A stretch of 64,000 bases of DNA from Bugula neritina (lineage: Eukaryota > Animalia > Bryozoa): assembly GCA_964035545.1 (NCBI GenBank), contig OZ037771.1:3483628-3547627 (forward strand). The letters are read 5' to 3'. The translations under genes were made by a program, and so were the position numbers. Below are positions 35,201 to 49,700 of this stretch, in pieces (the stretch's first letter is position 1; each line of letters begins with the position of its first letter). The notes beneath the pieces were generated by a model. It did not search any database and was not told where the DNA came from. It was given only the letters and a program-made list of their open reading frames with translations.

Positions 35201-37309
35201 TGTGGCACTGAGCTAACCCCAGACGCCAGAGAGAAGAACGGAGAACTGCTCTGTCTCAGGTGTCACGACAAGGCAGGTGTCCCCATATGTGGAGCCTGCA
35301 GGCGTCCCATTGAGGGTAGAGTCATCAACGCATTAGGTCAGTGTCTGCTACTTCCCCTCTCGGTCTCTCTTATCACCGCAACTTCTACAGCAGTGTTTTC
35401 ATGCAACGCCATGTTTGATTTTTATATACAGTAGCTTTGCTATTGCGATTCAAATTGAATATTTTTGGTGTATAAGGATATGCATTGTATTGTGGGTAGT
35501 GTTTGCCTTATATACAAGAGAGTAGGAGTGGTTATAGCACTGGCATAGTAAATACTAGGTTGTGGGTTCGAATCCCAGCTGGGCCTTTGGTAATGTCAAG
35601 AAATGCATGATTGCTCCTATGACATAGTACACACTGTCCTTAAAATATGTCTCAACTATCAGTGGTTCTCACAGAGATGGGGACTTGAAACGACCAACTC
35701 TTCATGTTGTATAATGTTTACTCTAGTTTCGACTAAAGCAGCTATTTAGTGCTAACTGTCTGCAATACAAGATTATCTGATAATATGCAGGGAAGACATG
35801 GCACCCAGAACACTTTGTGTGTGCAAAGTGTGAGAAACCGTTTCATGGATCAAGACATTACGAGAGAAGAGGTCTGGCGTACTGTGAGAATCATTACCAT
35901 CAGTTGTTTGGAGATCTTTGCTTCGTCTGCAACAACGTGATTCCAGGAGATGGTGAGGCAACTCCCTATAACTATAACTGCTAGGATATTATATTACTCT
36001 ATTACTAAATATATTACTCTATTACTCAATATATTACTCTATTATCAAATATATTATTCTATTACTCAATATATTGCTCTATTACTCAATATATTACTCT
36101 ACTACTCAATATATTACTCTACTACTCAATATATTACTCTATTACTCAATATATTACTCTATTACTCAATATATTACTCTATTATTCATATATTACTCCA
36201 TTACTCACATATACTCTATTACTCAATATATTACTCATTTATTACTCTATTACTCAATATATTACTCTTCTGTTGACAGTGTGCCGTGCCCTCAACAAGT
36301 GTTGGTGTTTCAACCACTTCTCTTGCTCAGCCTGTGATCGTCAGCTCTCAGAAAAGTAAGTGCGGGCAGTAGTCTGTAATCTCAGTTCGTTTCCTGTTTC
36401 CATGTTTTTAGTGTATAGGGTGCCTGGTTTGCAGCATCATTTGCAATCTTGTTCAATTAATTTTGGCGATAATGAATATTTATTAATTAGATTTACAGTT
36501 TCTGTTACATTTTTAGTCGCTATCAGATAAATATTGGTAACGGAACAGGTTGGTTGAACCACTTTTGGCATAATGCTACACCAAAATCAATTGCCCTGCA
36601 ATCTGTCTCCTAAACAGGGTTATCTCTTAGAGTAATAAATTATTTAGAAGACTTGAAGTCAGTCTACACTCGAGGGAAATTTGTGTCTGTGCTGTTTGCC
36701 CAGTTTTACGTACATAACCAATTAGATAGGGTATTATAAAGCTAGTTGAAATTTTGCTCATTGTGAGTTCATCTTTGTTCTCTGTTACTGTATTCAAGTA
36801 CATTCATAATTAAATAGAATCACTTGACTAATAAATTATATAACATTTGTCCGGTTATATTTCACGGCAAAGTTTAATAAGAATATCGTAACCTACTTTT
36901 TCCAAATAGTGTTTCATCATTCCTGGGTCAACGAACTTCATCAGATTTTCCAGCTAAAAACTTTTCAAATAATTTTCAATAATTTTTTTTGTAGTTAGGA
37001 ATAATGTAACGTGGGACTGAAGTCAACTTTCGGACTTTTGACTTAACAGACTATAAAAAGTTGTATATTGGTTGTTTTTTGTATACCATTTAATCTCCAA
37101 ACTGTAGTTGTGTAACATTCCATCTCCATACTGTAGCTGTGTAACATGAAACCAGCATCTACAGTTTTGTCAACTCGTTGTGGATTTATATTTTTAGAAC
37201 AAAGTTCTTTGTGATGGACGTGAAGCCGGTATGCAAGCACTGCTTTGAGAAGTTTCCCAGTGAGCTACAGAAACGGCTGAAGAAAGCTTCTGATGCCGGA
37301 TTGGGCTGA
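29281..37309 (+). CDS. LIMS1: PINCH / LIMS (5 LIM domains; ILK-PINCH-parvin complex), 385 aa with exon 2A
   Basis: join(29281-29453,31114-31233,33289-33334,33576-33763,34353-34424,35128-35336,35791-35952,36280-36355,37198-37309), 1158 nt, phases consistent. [99 protein letters not shown] is clearly PINCH. Likely co-ortholog of LIMS1/LIMS2; choice of first exon is less certain. Confidence 0.96.
31722..31820 (+). CDS. Alternative PINCH exon 2B encoding a second version of LIM1 zinc finger 1
   Basis: tctag|g tca cct...ttt gt|gtaagt; 99 nt, phase 2/2 like exon 2A; [33 protein letters not shown] has all four Zn ligands (C-x2-C-x19-H-x2-C). Confidence 0.85.
32372..32692 (+). repeat. 13-bp minisatellite (gtgtaagtgtgat / gtgtaagtgcata) in PINCH intron
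   Basis: Direct reading; 18 GTAAGT and 3 GTGAGT hexamers counted. Confidence 0.92.
35520..35630 (+). mobile_element. tRNA-derived SINE copy in PINCH intron
   Basis: A-box-like agtggttatagcactg, B-box gggttcgaatccc, body ttggtaatgtcaagaaatgcatgattgctcct; no tRNA acceptor stem; homologous to 18563-18686(-). Confidence 0.75.
35988..36268. repeat. 20-bp minisatellite (atattactctattactcaat) filling most of a PINCH intron
   Basis: Tandem units run to about 11 nt before the acceptor at 36279. Confidence 0.93.
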
Positions 37310-38098
37310 GTTCTCAAGTTTTCTAGCCTTGGAGCCTTGAAAATGCAGCAAATCGTGTTCTTTTTACACTTAATTTAGACAGACAGTCTTAGCTCCCGCA
37401 CCCAGCTGTCAAAACTCTGATTTGGAGTCACAATCAGTTGAATTTGTGTACAGCAAGTCTTGTCTCCCCTGTTTAATGCTCATGCCCGTATACTTACACT
37501 AAGCTTGATATATCAACACCTGTACAGTTGAGAATGACTCTTGACAACCAGTGCACTTGGTAAACTTTGTGTCATCTAGTAAATAATCACTACGTTCAGG
37601 GATTTTTATCCATAATTTATATATTTTTATCTTAAACATATTGACGAAGTTACGCTCTACTGTTTCACTTCATATTGTTATGTATTTTGTATCAGACTGA
37701 TGTTTCACAATTTGGAAAGACGTTGTATAATTGTTTTGTTTAATTTCATAGTAACAAAATACTCTCTTATGTTATGCTTCCATGTTTATAATATCTACCG
37801 GTTATTATTAGCCAGCTGTTAGCATGATGTTGTGTTGACGTCAAATAATGCAATCATCACGAATCAAGACAAATTTGCAGCTACTCTTTTTGTTGAGCTA
37901 TTTATAAACATTTTTTATTGTCATATCTTTTCTCTATTATATCATAGTTAACAAAGCCTCCTTCTGAATGTAGTTAATATTTAACATTTTGAAATATAAA
38001 TATGTGTGTAGATAGTAATTACTTGTAGATTACATTTACCAATCTGTGTGGTATTATATTTTACACCAACTTTATAATGTATTATAAATATATAGTCT

Positions 38099-39852
<1,754 letters not shown>

Positions 39853-40640
39853 TGCACTAATATAGTGTTCTGATGGTGTAAAAATTAAATAGCATATAAA
39901 TAAATTATGAAACTTTTGAATGCAGTTTTATTCCCCTGAGAGAGTAAAAGCATAACTATTACTTTCATTATATTTCATCACAATGAAAATTCAGAAATTC
40001 GGTTTCTTGTTATCAGGTCTATTCTATTAGCTAACACTTTTTAGTGCAATTTTGTTTCATAAGCTGCATTAAAATGATTTATTTCAATTATTCCAATGAT
40101 GGAGAGGTTTGAAGGTGACTGTGGATATAGCTGGTTAGTTCAGTCATTGCAACATGTGGCTAGACATCTATAAAGATAATTTATATGCGAAGTTTAGTCA
40201 ATAACCAACGTTAGTGGTTTGCGAGGCACTTGGCATTTATAGACAGCACTTGAAAGTTTTTTTTTGAAAAGTTGTCTTTCCTTGGAATACACAACATTTG
40301 GGCAAGTCGCAATGAATATTTCAACTGGTTGGTTAAACTTTAATAACTTATACAAAATAATGCTACATTTGATAATAACCAAACAACCAGCTAAGATGGC
40401 TTTCAACAGCAATGCTGATCATATTTGTTGCATTTATTGCACAGGAAAATATAGGTATACACATTGTGATGGAGAAGTTATTTTAATTATATGTTTCAAC
40501 AACTCAATGTAGTGCATTGCAACAGTCAGTATACCTTGTTGCGCCACAAAATATAAATATTTCTTGTTTTTATTATTAATTCTTAGAGCGCTCGAGTAAA
40601 CTGCTTTGCCTTAAGAATGTGCTCTACTATATAGTATAAG

Positions 40641-40955
40641 TGGGTCATTTTACTTAATTTAGTTCGCACACACTATATTTGGTGTGTACTAATTAATTTT
40701 TTTTACATAATTATATAGTAAATTTGGGTGGGCGGGCATGATGCTTTTTCATCACGCCCAGATTATTAAAAAATAGGATAAAACACAGGACATCAAGCAA
40801 AATTAGAGAACAACCTTGCTTAATTATTCATTTGTATCTGTTAATATTTTATCAGTTTAATGCAAGAAACTATAATATAAATTAGTGGCTAAACTGTGAA
40901 AAATAGCTAAAAACTAGATGTGTATAGTGTGTACTAAATTAAGCAAAATAACCCA
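40641..40955. mobile_element. MITE-like element (~315 bp)
   Basis: Imperfect TIRs: tgggtcattttacttaatttagt..cacactata vs reverse complement of right end tgggttattttgcttaatttagtacacactata; non-coding interior. Confidence 0.65.
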
Positions 40956-43627
40956 GGTGCTACGCCATTGCGCATGGGCTACAGTATGAAGTGTGAGAAA
41001 ACTTTAAAAGGAATCTTAAGGGACAGTTTATACTTGCTTGGACAGAACTTCTAAGAAATTACTGATAGAAAATGACAGAACTGTCTTTATCCAATCAGCT
41101 ATAAGCTGCTCAAGATGAGAAGCTGTAAGATCAACCAAAGCTGTCGTTTAATTTCCATATTAGTAAAACATCAATGAGCATGGCATGACTGTTGTATCTA
41201 AAATATGAATTGCTGGGCATATATGAATTAATAGGAAAAATTTTTTAGTAAATGTTTAGCTACAGCAAAACATAATTTCTTATTTGTTTCAAAAATGGAA
41301 TGGGGAGCAGGCATACTGTCCTGCCTAAAAGTGCTTACTAACAAATTAAAAATGAAGGCTATCAAATTTTGATGTTAGCAGTTGAATAAACCCAAAACTA
41401 ATTGCGTATTTTATAGGTTTGATTCCTATCTCACTTTTCCTACATTTTTCACAATAATAGCACATTATAAAGCTTTTAGTTATGGTGCATCTTTGTTATA
41501 ATGTTTACTATAGATTAGAAAGTGAAGGAATTCTAACCATACCTTCTCTCTTGTTAACTTTTGACACGCATCTGCTGGTGAATGAATAAAATCCCATAAA
41601 AAGATTTGGATTTGGATAAAATTCTTTCTTTAATATTAATTGTAATTATATTTGAGGAAAGTTTAAAATGATGCAATTTGTCAACACAATGTTAGCTAAT
41701 GATACTAATTGACAATTTATATCCACCATGGTATCAGCCTCTGATCAAACTTCAACTATGTTATTCTTAATATTTAGTTTACCTTTCACATTGCTAAGAA
41801 ATTCCCATATATTTATCAGTTTCAATGTTTTGTGGCTAAAGGTTTATGCTTGCCAAGGTTTTAAGCTTGAAATATACTATTACTTCTTATAGAATTGGTA
41901 TAAATATTCTACCCTCAGTTTTAGTTGGCATTTTTGAGTAGGATAATAGAAAGCCTCCCATATTTCTCAATTTTAAATTATATAAATATAATTATTAGGT
42001 TTGTTTATTGTTAATATTTTAATTTAAACTTTCAAGAGTTGAAATCAGTGTATTGAAACTACGGCAGGCTGAAATAACAGACTCGCAGTTGCTTCTAATT
42101 ATCTATACTTGAACTAACAAGCGTGAAAAAATTTACTCTAAATATTTAATATTTCCATCAACTAACATGCTATAATTTACACTTTTATAGCCACCTAACT
42201 TACATTTAGCTGAAGATATCAAAGTGAGGCAAATACTTGCTTGAATTCCATTCAAACAGATTCTACTCTACCAAGGAAAGATGTAAAGGGAACCAGAACA
42301 ATTAGTCTATTGGAGACTTTCTTATTATTCATGATATAGATTATATTTATGACTTAATTAAAGAGAATACGGTAGACGGAGAAAAAATGTAGTCAGTGCA
42401 AAAGACAGAGTGGCTGAGGATAGCCATATGCCATGATGATGATATGAATAATAGATTTGTGTTAGCAAGATTACTTATGGGTTAACTTATGAATATAATG
42501 TCAATAAATATTGTTTTATAAATTATATAAGTTGATGTTTATTTTTACCCCCTTTAACTTCTGGTTCTCCACAAAAGTATAAAATATTTATTAAAAAACC
42601 GTTTACAAGTCGAACTTCATTTAAAATAATTTTAAATTCTGCTAAAATCATAATTTGACCCAAAAACCAAAAGGTTAAGCCATCTCCAGCTCTATATATT
42701 GTATTGTTAAATTCTAAATTTCTTAAGTAACTATAAACTTAGAAATTTCATTTCATTCAAAATATTAGTTTTATATCAAAAACACAAAACGAAATTAAAG
42801 CAGCGCTGCATCTTGGAATAGTTGAGCTGCCCCTTTTGAGACCATGCTGTTGAAGCTGTAGCTACTCAAACCTGTACTCATCACAACAGCTTTGAGAAAA
42901 GAATGTTGCTGCCAGTGAAATACAGAACACAGAGACAGCATATTTGCTATTTTTCTAAAAGATAGTTGTGACATTCTATCCTCTGGGTTTAGGCAGCATC
43001 ATGCTAACAGAATCTCTGTCTGATATTCTCACCAAGCATGTATATGAGCACATTGCAATTCTCAAATTCAATAAAGCTTTTGGATCATTTCAAGCAGATC
43101 TATTCAATTTGTGCAATGCTCATGAAACATTCACGGCCTATGTGGTGTCAAAGGTGTTGGTTCGGACTCCCTGGGGGTTATGGTGGCAGTGTATACTTTG
43201 TTTTTATTATTCAGCTCTATAACACCATTTTCATTGTCAAATAATGTCATATATCTATTCATTGTGTACATAAATGATCCCAATTAGACTGTGAGGCATA
43301 AAAAGGTGCATAAGTTTAAATTAAAAATTTAAAAATACAATTTAAAATTACCATGGGGCTGTAAAAACTTTAAATAAATGCATGTACATATTCAAAAAAT
43401 AGTCAATATTTATAATGAATTGTTTTCAACTTCAAAACTGGTGTTAAGAAGAATAATAACATGTTTTTTAACCTGTAGCATAAGCTTTACATTAATATAT
43501 TTTCAAAATTACTTTATAGATTTTTCAAACAATGTTAACATTTTAGCAAACTATCAACAATACTATATCTTTACATGCATTCTCTACCTTTAACTGCCAA
43601 TTATTGAAGACTATTTAATGCTCCTTG

Positions 43628-43705
43628 ATTGGCCCCTTCATTCTTTGTACGTCCGATAAACTAGCCTTTTATAAATGAGTATACTAGCACTCACGTCATT
43701 TGCAT
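43628..43705 (+). promoter_or_regulatory. POU4 core promoter: inverted CCAAT, TATA, Inr overlapping an octamer
   Basis: ATTGG 43628; TATAAAT 43670; TCATTTG 43696 (about 28 nt after TATA); ATTTGCAT 43698-43705; ATG 43740. Confidence 0.55.
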
Positions 43706-43739
43706 TCTATCTTCCTACCTGTTCTAAAATTTTCTAAAA

Positions 43740-46700
43740 ATGTTTTCTTACCAGCAGCAACATGATCGCTGTAAAATACCGACAGCAATATCTGCTGCCA
43801 AACTGAATGCCTACAACATGTACCCTAATCCTTGCCACATGCCACCTCCTTCAGCTGTTCATCAACAAGTGAGTTCATTATTTTATATGTTTATATTATA
43901 TTATATTAATTACTATTTATGTATTCCAACACTGTAATTATATATTCATCTATTGTTGCTAATGTTTTCATCTTTTTTCTTTCTTGCATAAAAAATTTAA
44001 AGCCCATCTTTATTAGCACAGTTTCGCATCTACAGGTAAATTAAATATTTATTTTAAGTTGTGTGGGAAAAGTTGAGATTTTGTATATATTATGACGATG
44101 CTATAAATACATTATATTACTATTATTAGTAACAGAAGTATATGAATGATAATTCTTAGTGTGTTATAAAGATGTACATATGCATGGGAGCTAAAAGAAA
44201 TTTTTCTTCCCAGTTAAAGTATAATCATTTAATGAAACCCATACATAAATATATATACACTCAATTTATTTTTATCAACAATCATCACTCACCTTTCAAT
44301 GTGTTGTAAACTTATGCATTTAATTTCTTTTTAGATATAATATATATAGCTCTAATATTTAATTAGCACATTTGCATAAGAGCACATACCAGTATTACAA
44401 ACAACAAACACCAAATATTTTATTTTAATCTTCTTTTTATATTATACTACATAATGTTTATACAATGCACTTGGGACTGTGTATTTTGGTATATAAAATT
44501 GCATTAGAAGAAGCAAAAACAATAAATTCTTATTTCATTATATTAATTTCATTCATCACTTAATTTGATAAAAGCTGTTTTTTTAACAACCTTAATATGC
44601 TTCTTGCAGCATATTCTTTTTGTAACACTTCGTCCTAATTTATTTGAAATGCATTAATATGTATACATACTATGATTGTATACATATAACTCTATTTATT
44701 ATGCCTTTATATATATTGCATATATTTATTTATATACATATAATTTATTTCCTTATACAGCTTCTTTGATAAAGAGAAAAGCTGTTCATGAGTGTGAATA
44801 TAATATAGTATGATATAGTATAACATAATATAATATAATGTAATATAATATAATATAATATAATATAATATAATATAATATAATATAATATAATATCATA
44901 TAATGCAACTAATTATATAACAAATACTTACAAAGCCTGCAGATTATTTGTGGCAAGTAATATATAATATGTTGCACAATGTTTATAAAACATATATTAT
45001 AATATTATTATAATATATATAATAAAAATAAAATATGTTGTTTAATAATAAATATTATAATCTATATAAGATACATAAAAATACATTATAATCTATATAC
45101 ATAGTTGGATATGTACTTATTACACCTACGCAGCTCAGTATAAGGTAAATAAACTTAACTTACAAGCATAACAAAGGAATCTACCCATAGTTCATACTGT
45201 AGAATTATTTACTAGGTTAAGGTGATATATGGTGCAGCCACACGGCACCGTTTACGACTCCGAGACATCTGGCAATGTGCGGCTGGCTCCCAGTTTCTTC
45301 TATATGGGGGGGTATAATCTAGTGGTGTAGTGAACAGGGGTTTTCACTGTACTGCAAAAGTTTGAACCACACACAGGCATATAGCAAAGATTTTAATAAT
45401 ATTAACATTTTGATAAAGTTAAGCCATCAGCTTCTATGGTGCATATAAAAATTAATCTAGTTTATTGCATATTATATTTACGATTTAATGTGGCATGCAA
45501 TAATGTAATACTGAATTATTTTGTATAAAATATTTTCTTATCTGATATCGTGCTCTATAATTTAATACACAAAATAATAATAGTAAACATTCTTCTAAGG
45601 ACACAACTTACGACCCAATAATTATTCTAATTATAGCTCTGCTTTATAGCATGTAATTAAAATTATTGCAATTTCAGGAAGCAAATTTAGTTAAAAGGAA
45701 AAATTGCTAGCCACTTGTATATAATTTTGTAGTGTTGTTTTGTATACAACAGTCACTATTATAACAAACAGGCTATATATGAAAATTTTAATGAGTCATA
45801 TTTATCAATTTAAAACGTATTAATATCCTTGCATCTATTATAACTTATTATATTACATAAATATAGTAGGTACTATATTATATAGATATACTAGATAACA
45901 TATTATATATTGACATTAGCTAGTATACTATATACATATAGTAGAGGACATAAATTATGCTGACAATTTTTCCAGTCTTAGTAGCTATACTTAGGCTGTG
46001 GCACTTTTTCTTTTTTAGTAGGTGTGACATTAAAAATAACAAAGACAGCTTTTCTACTAATTAGTAGAAAAGCTGTCTTTGTTATTTTTAATGTAGAACT
46101 TTTCATAGCTATTTTGTTGGAGAATAAGTGCAAAAAAATATATCGCTAAAGCAAAATTATTATAACAACAATCTTGCAGCATATGCAAATAATGCTTAGG
46201 AAATTATTTTATTTTGGGCTTGCTCAATAGGCATGTGGAAAGTTAGTTGAAATACACTGAATTTTTATTCCACGACAGGTCAACCTTAGATGGCTCTGTG
46301 GCATTGCTAGCAACATATTGTTATACTCTTTGGTGCTTTATTCATTGCTATTCTTTGTAAAACAAGTTAATATAAATTTATATATGAGACAGAACATAGC
46401 ATTGAAAAAATAATTATCTTATTCTGCTGGAGTTTAAAACCTAAGCTTTATAAAGTTAATAATGTCTTAATGAAATAAATTTTTAAATTACTGACTATTA
46501 TTTGTAATTTAAACATATAAATACAGTTGAAATATACCATGGCACATAAAATAGAATAAGATGTAACTATAATTTCTTGTCTGCTTCAATAGTCATAATA
46601 TTGTCCCTGTCTTCACTTTGACATTGCATTCATTCAGTTGTATAATAATATTCTTATAGTCTTGACTCTAAAATAGTTGGTATAGTGCTTCAGATAAGTA

Positions 46701-49700
46701 TTAATTATTTTCGTCAATAGAAATTTCTTGATTTATATTATGTAATGAAAAGGTTGTTGGAATATGATTATACTTTAAAACGCATAATTTGACACCACAA
46801 TAATTTGGAGTTGTGACTCCTTATAACTCAACAAACACAATTTGTGGAGTTGTCTAACTTCAAATTTGAATGTGTTCACTAATAAATTTAATAACATTTA
46901 TGACAATTGGGCACATTAAATATAACATTAAGTTATTGATGGTGCATGCATGTGCTGCAGTAATGTAATATGGAAATATTACCTAAATCAATGTTGCCTT
47001 CAGCAATATATATATGTACACATGCTATTACTTTGCATTTCTATAATTTCATAATATTTAAATTTTGCTGTGAAAGAGAGTAACACATTTTGTGGAGTTT
47101 TGAGCAATATAGAAAACTTTTTTTTAAAATACAGGGTTTTGTATTCACATCTCATTCAACGAAATAAGTTAAATTTTGCAATAATCTACTACAGAAAGTG
47201 TTTCACTATTAACCAATTGAAATAATATAGCTTCCATTTTAATTATTCCCATAAAGAGAATATATTGTTATAAGAAATTGCAGTCTCTATTCAATCTATA
47301 GCTTTTCTCTTCATTGATTCAAAAACTTGGAAAAAAGTTATTTGAATTTTTTGTGCCTTTCAAAGAGGCAAGTTTTTTTCTTATTTATAGCTACAAGTAT
47401 GATAAGCTAGGCTAGGTATGTTGAACTGTATTTTATCGAGTACAAAACCAACCTGAATTATCTTTTTCTATTGATATTAAGCAGGAATTGTGCACATCAA
47501 CTAAGCAAATTTGATTCATTTATAATAAACAAAATGATACAAGATGGATAATGGCTAAGCCCTGTTCCTTTTCATAAGAAATTGAAAGGTTTTGTTTACA
47601 CAGGTTATTGGTTTCGCTGGATATACTGAATAAGGTTAATGCTATTCGAGCATCGTATTCTTATATACTCAAGACAATAGACTTATTGAACTATACTTTA
47701 CATCATGTCATTGGAATAGCCAAGTAGCAGATGATTTGACGAGAGTTTTTCCCAGCTATCAGAATCAATGTTGAACTGACTTTGCACACATATTCATTGC
47801 TTTCATACCTGCCTTTGTGTGAACATAAATTTTCTTGAAAATTATTTTAATCATGATAACCGGGCATAATTCGAGATTGCCTCATGGGTTTGGGGCACCT
47901 TACACCCCTTCAGGGGGTTATAGGGTCGACCCTAGACAAAATCAGGTTTGTTTTGTTCTACTATTGTTTGATAGGTAATAATATTAGAATGTGGGGCTTA
48001 TTAATTATTCTGATTATTGTATGGTGGTATAGCACTCTCATTAAATATACATGGTAGTCTTTGTGTAAGTATAAAGATATATTATTATATATAACTTCGT
48101 ACTTTCCCCACGGTTCTCATACTATTATTAGTAATTATTTAATAATGTATGAACTGTAACCACTTTGTTGAAATCTTGATACACCAATGGCTATACCAAT
48201 ATAACAATCTTTTGAAAAAAAGAAAATATTTTTTAAATTAACATATGTAATTTATTGCTTTCTAGAAACATCGCATTACCTTAAAGTGAAAAAAATTATA
48301 AAATATGGATAATGTGGATAATGTGTTTAAATTTCTAACATAAAAAATGCAATAAATAATTTTTGTCTTTTGTTGATGGTTATCTTAAATATCAAATGCC
48401 TTTTTGCATCAATTCAAAGATTTTTGATGTTTTTAAAATTGCAAAGACAAAATATATTTTCACCACAGCTAATGCTGTGTAAAGTTTTAAATTATATTCT
48501 AAAAAATAATTTGAGATAATATGACGCCGAATAAATATTCTTTATTATTTTAGAGCAACATGTTTCCGCCGATGGATGAGTCAATGTTGGCGAGGGTTGA
48601 GGCATCATTGGCAGCAGTGGCTGACATTAGATCACACCAGATGCAGCCTCACCACTCTCAGCAGTTCAAACCAGATCTCTACTCTCATGAGACGCCTTCG
48701 TATATGAACTCCACTAAACCACACTTTCCTTTTAATAACAGTAGGTTCTGTCATTTATTGCTGGTGTTTAGAGAATTATAAAGCTTCTTGTTTAAATTTT
48801 TTAGGGTCAAACAGCTTAGGCAATTTTAGTGTTTAAATAGAAAACGTGCTTAAATGACTAAGCATGATAGCAGAATTTCATACAAGTTAATATATACAGC
48901 TTTTTGATGACTCATTTTAAAAATTTTCTCATGCCCAGAGTTTTCAAAATTTTTAAGCGACTTGCATCAATATTCTTATGCACTTGCATTAATAAACGTT
49001 TTCAAGTTGCAACTTTTTCAAACTGAAGCATACATGTAAACAAGGAAGGTTATAAAAATCTAAAAGGTTTCTTCATTCATAAATTATACAATTACACTAT
49101 GTTTTAGTTCATGCTAATGCTTATTTTATATAAATCTCTTTTCCATACGTACAAATTTGTGAAACAGACCCTATGCTTATCAGATTATTAATTACATTCC
49201 TAGATAGCTGATTTCCAGTAGTATAACTTAGCCAACATGCTATAACATTGTTTTCAAACAGCTTACATCTATGTTGTGTTTTAAGTCATACAACTATAGA
49301 AATTATATTAGAGTAATTTGCAAAATGTAACATTTAATATATAATACGTAATATTTAGTATGTAATATATAATATATAATATTTAATATGTATGTAATAT
49401 ATAAAATGTAATGTGTAATATGTAACATATGTAACATTTAATATATAATATGTAATATTCAGTATGTAATACATAATATATAATATCTAATATATAGTAT
49501 TTAATATTTAATATATAAAACATAATATGTCATATATAATTTCTGTACTATATAATATATAATATATGATATGTGACATGTAGTATATAATATACAATAT
49601 ATATAACATAAAATAATGTGTAATATATAATATACTATATGTAATATTTCAGGTGAGACAATGATGAGTCACATGAACTCTGTGGCTGCCCCGGCTATCA

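Noticed and set aside
35520-35590. tRNA gene
   Set aside because: Only A/B boxes; no cloverleaf acceptor stem, and it continues into a body shared with another SINE copy.
47900-47935. Short hairpins/palindromes (tagggtcgacccta; also 51613-51634, 54815-54838, 56837-56875)
   Set aside because: Short stems expected by chance or as repeat debris; no supporting context.
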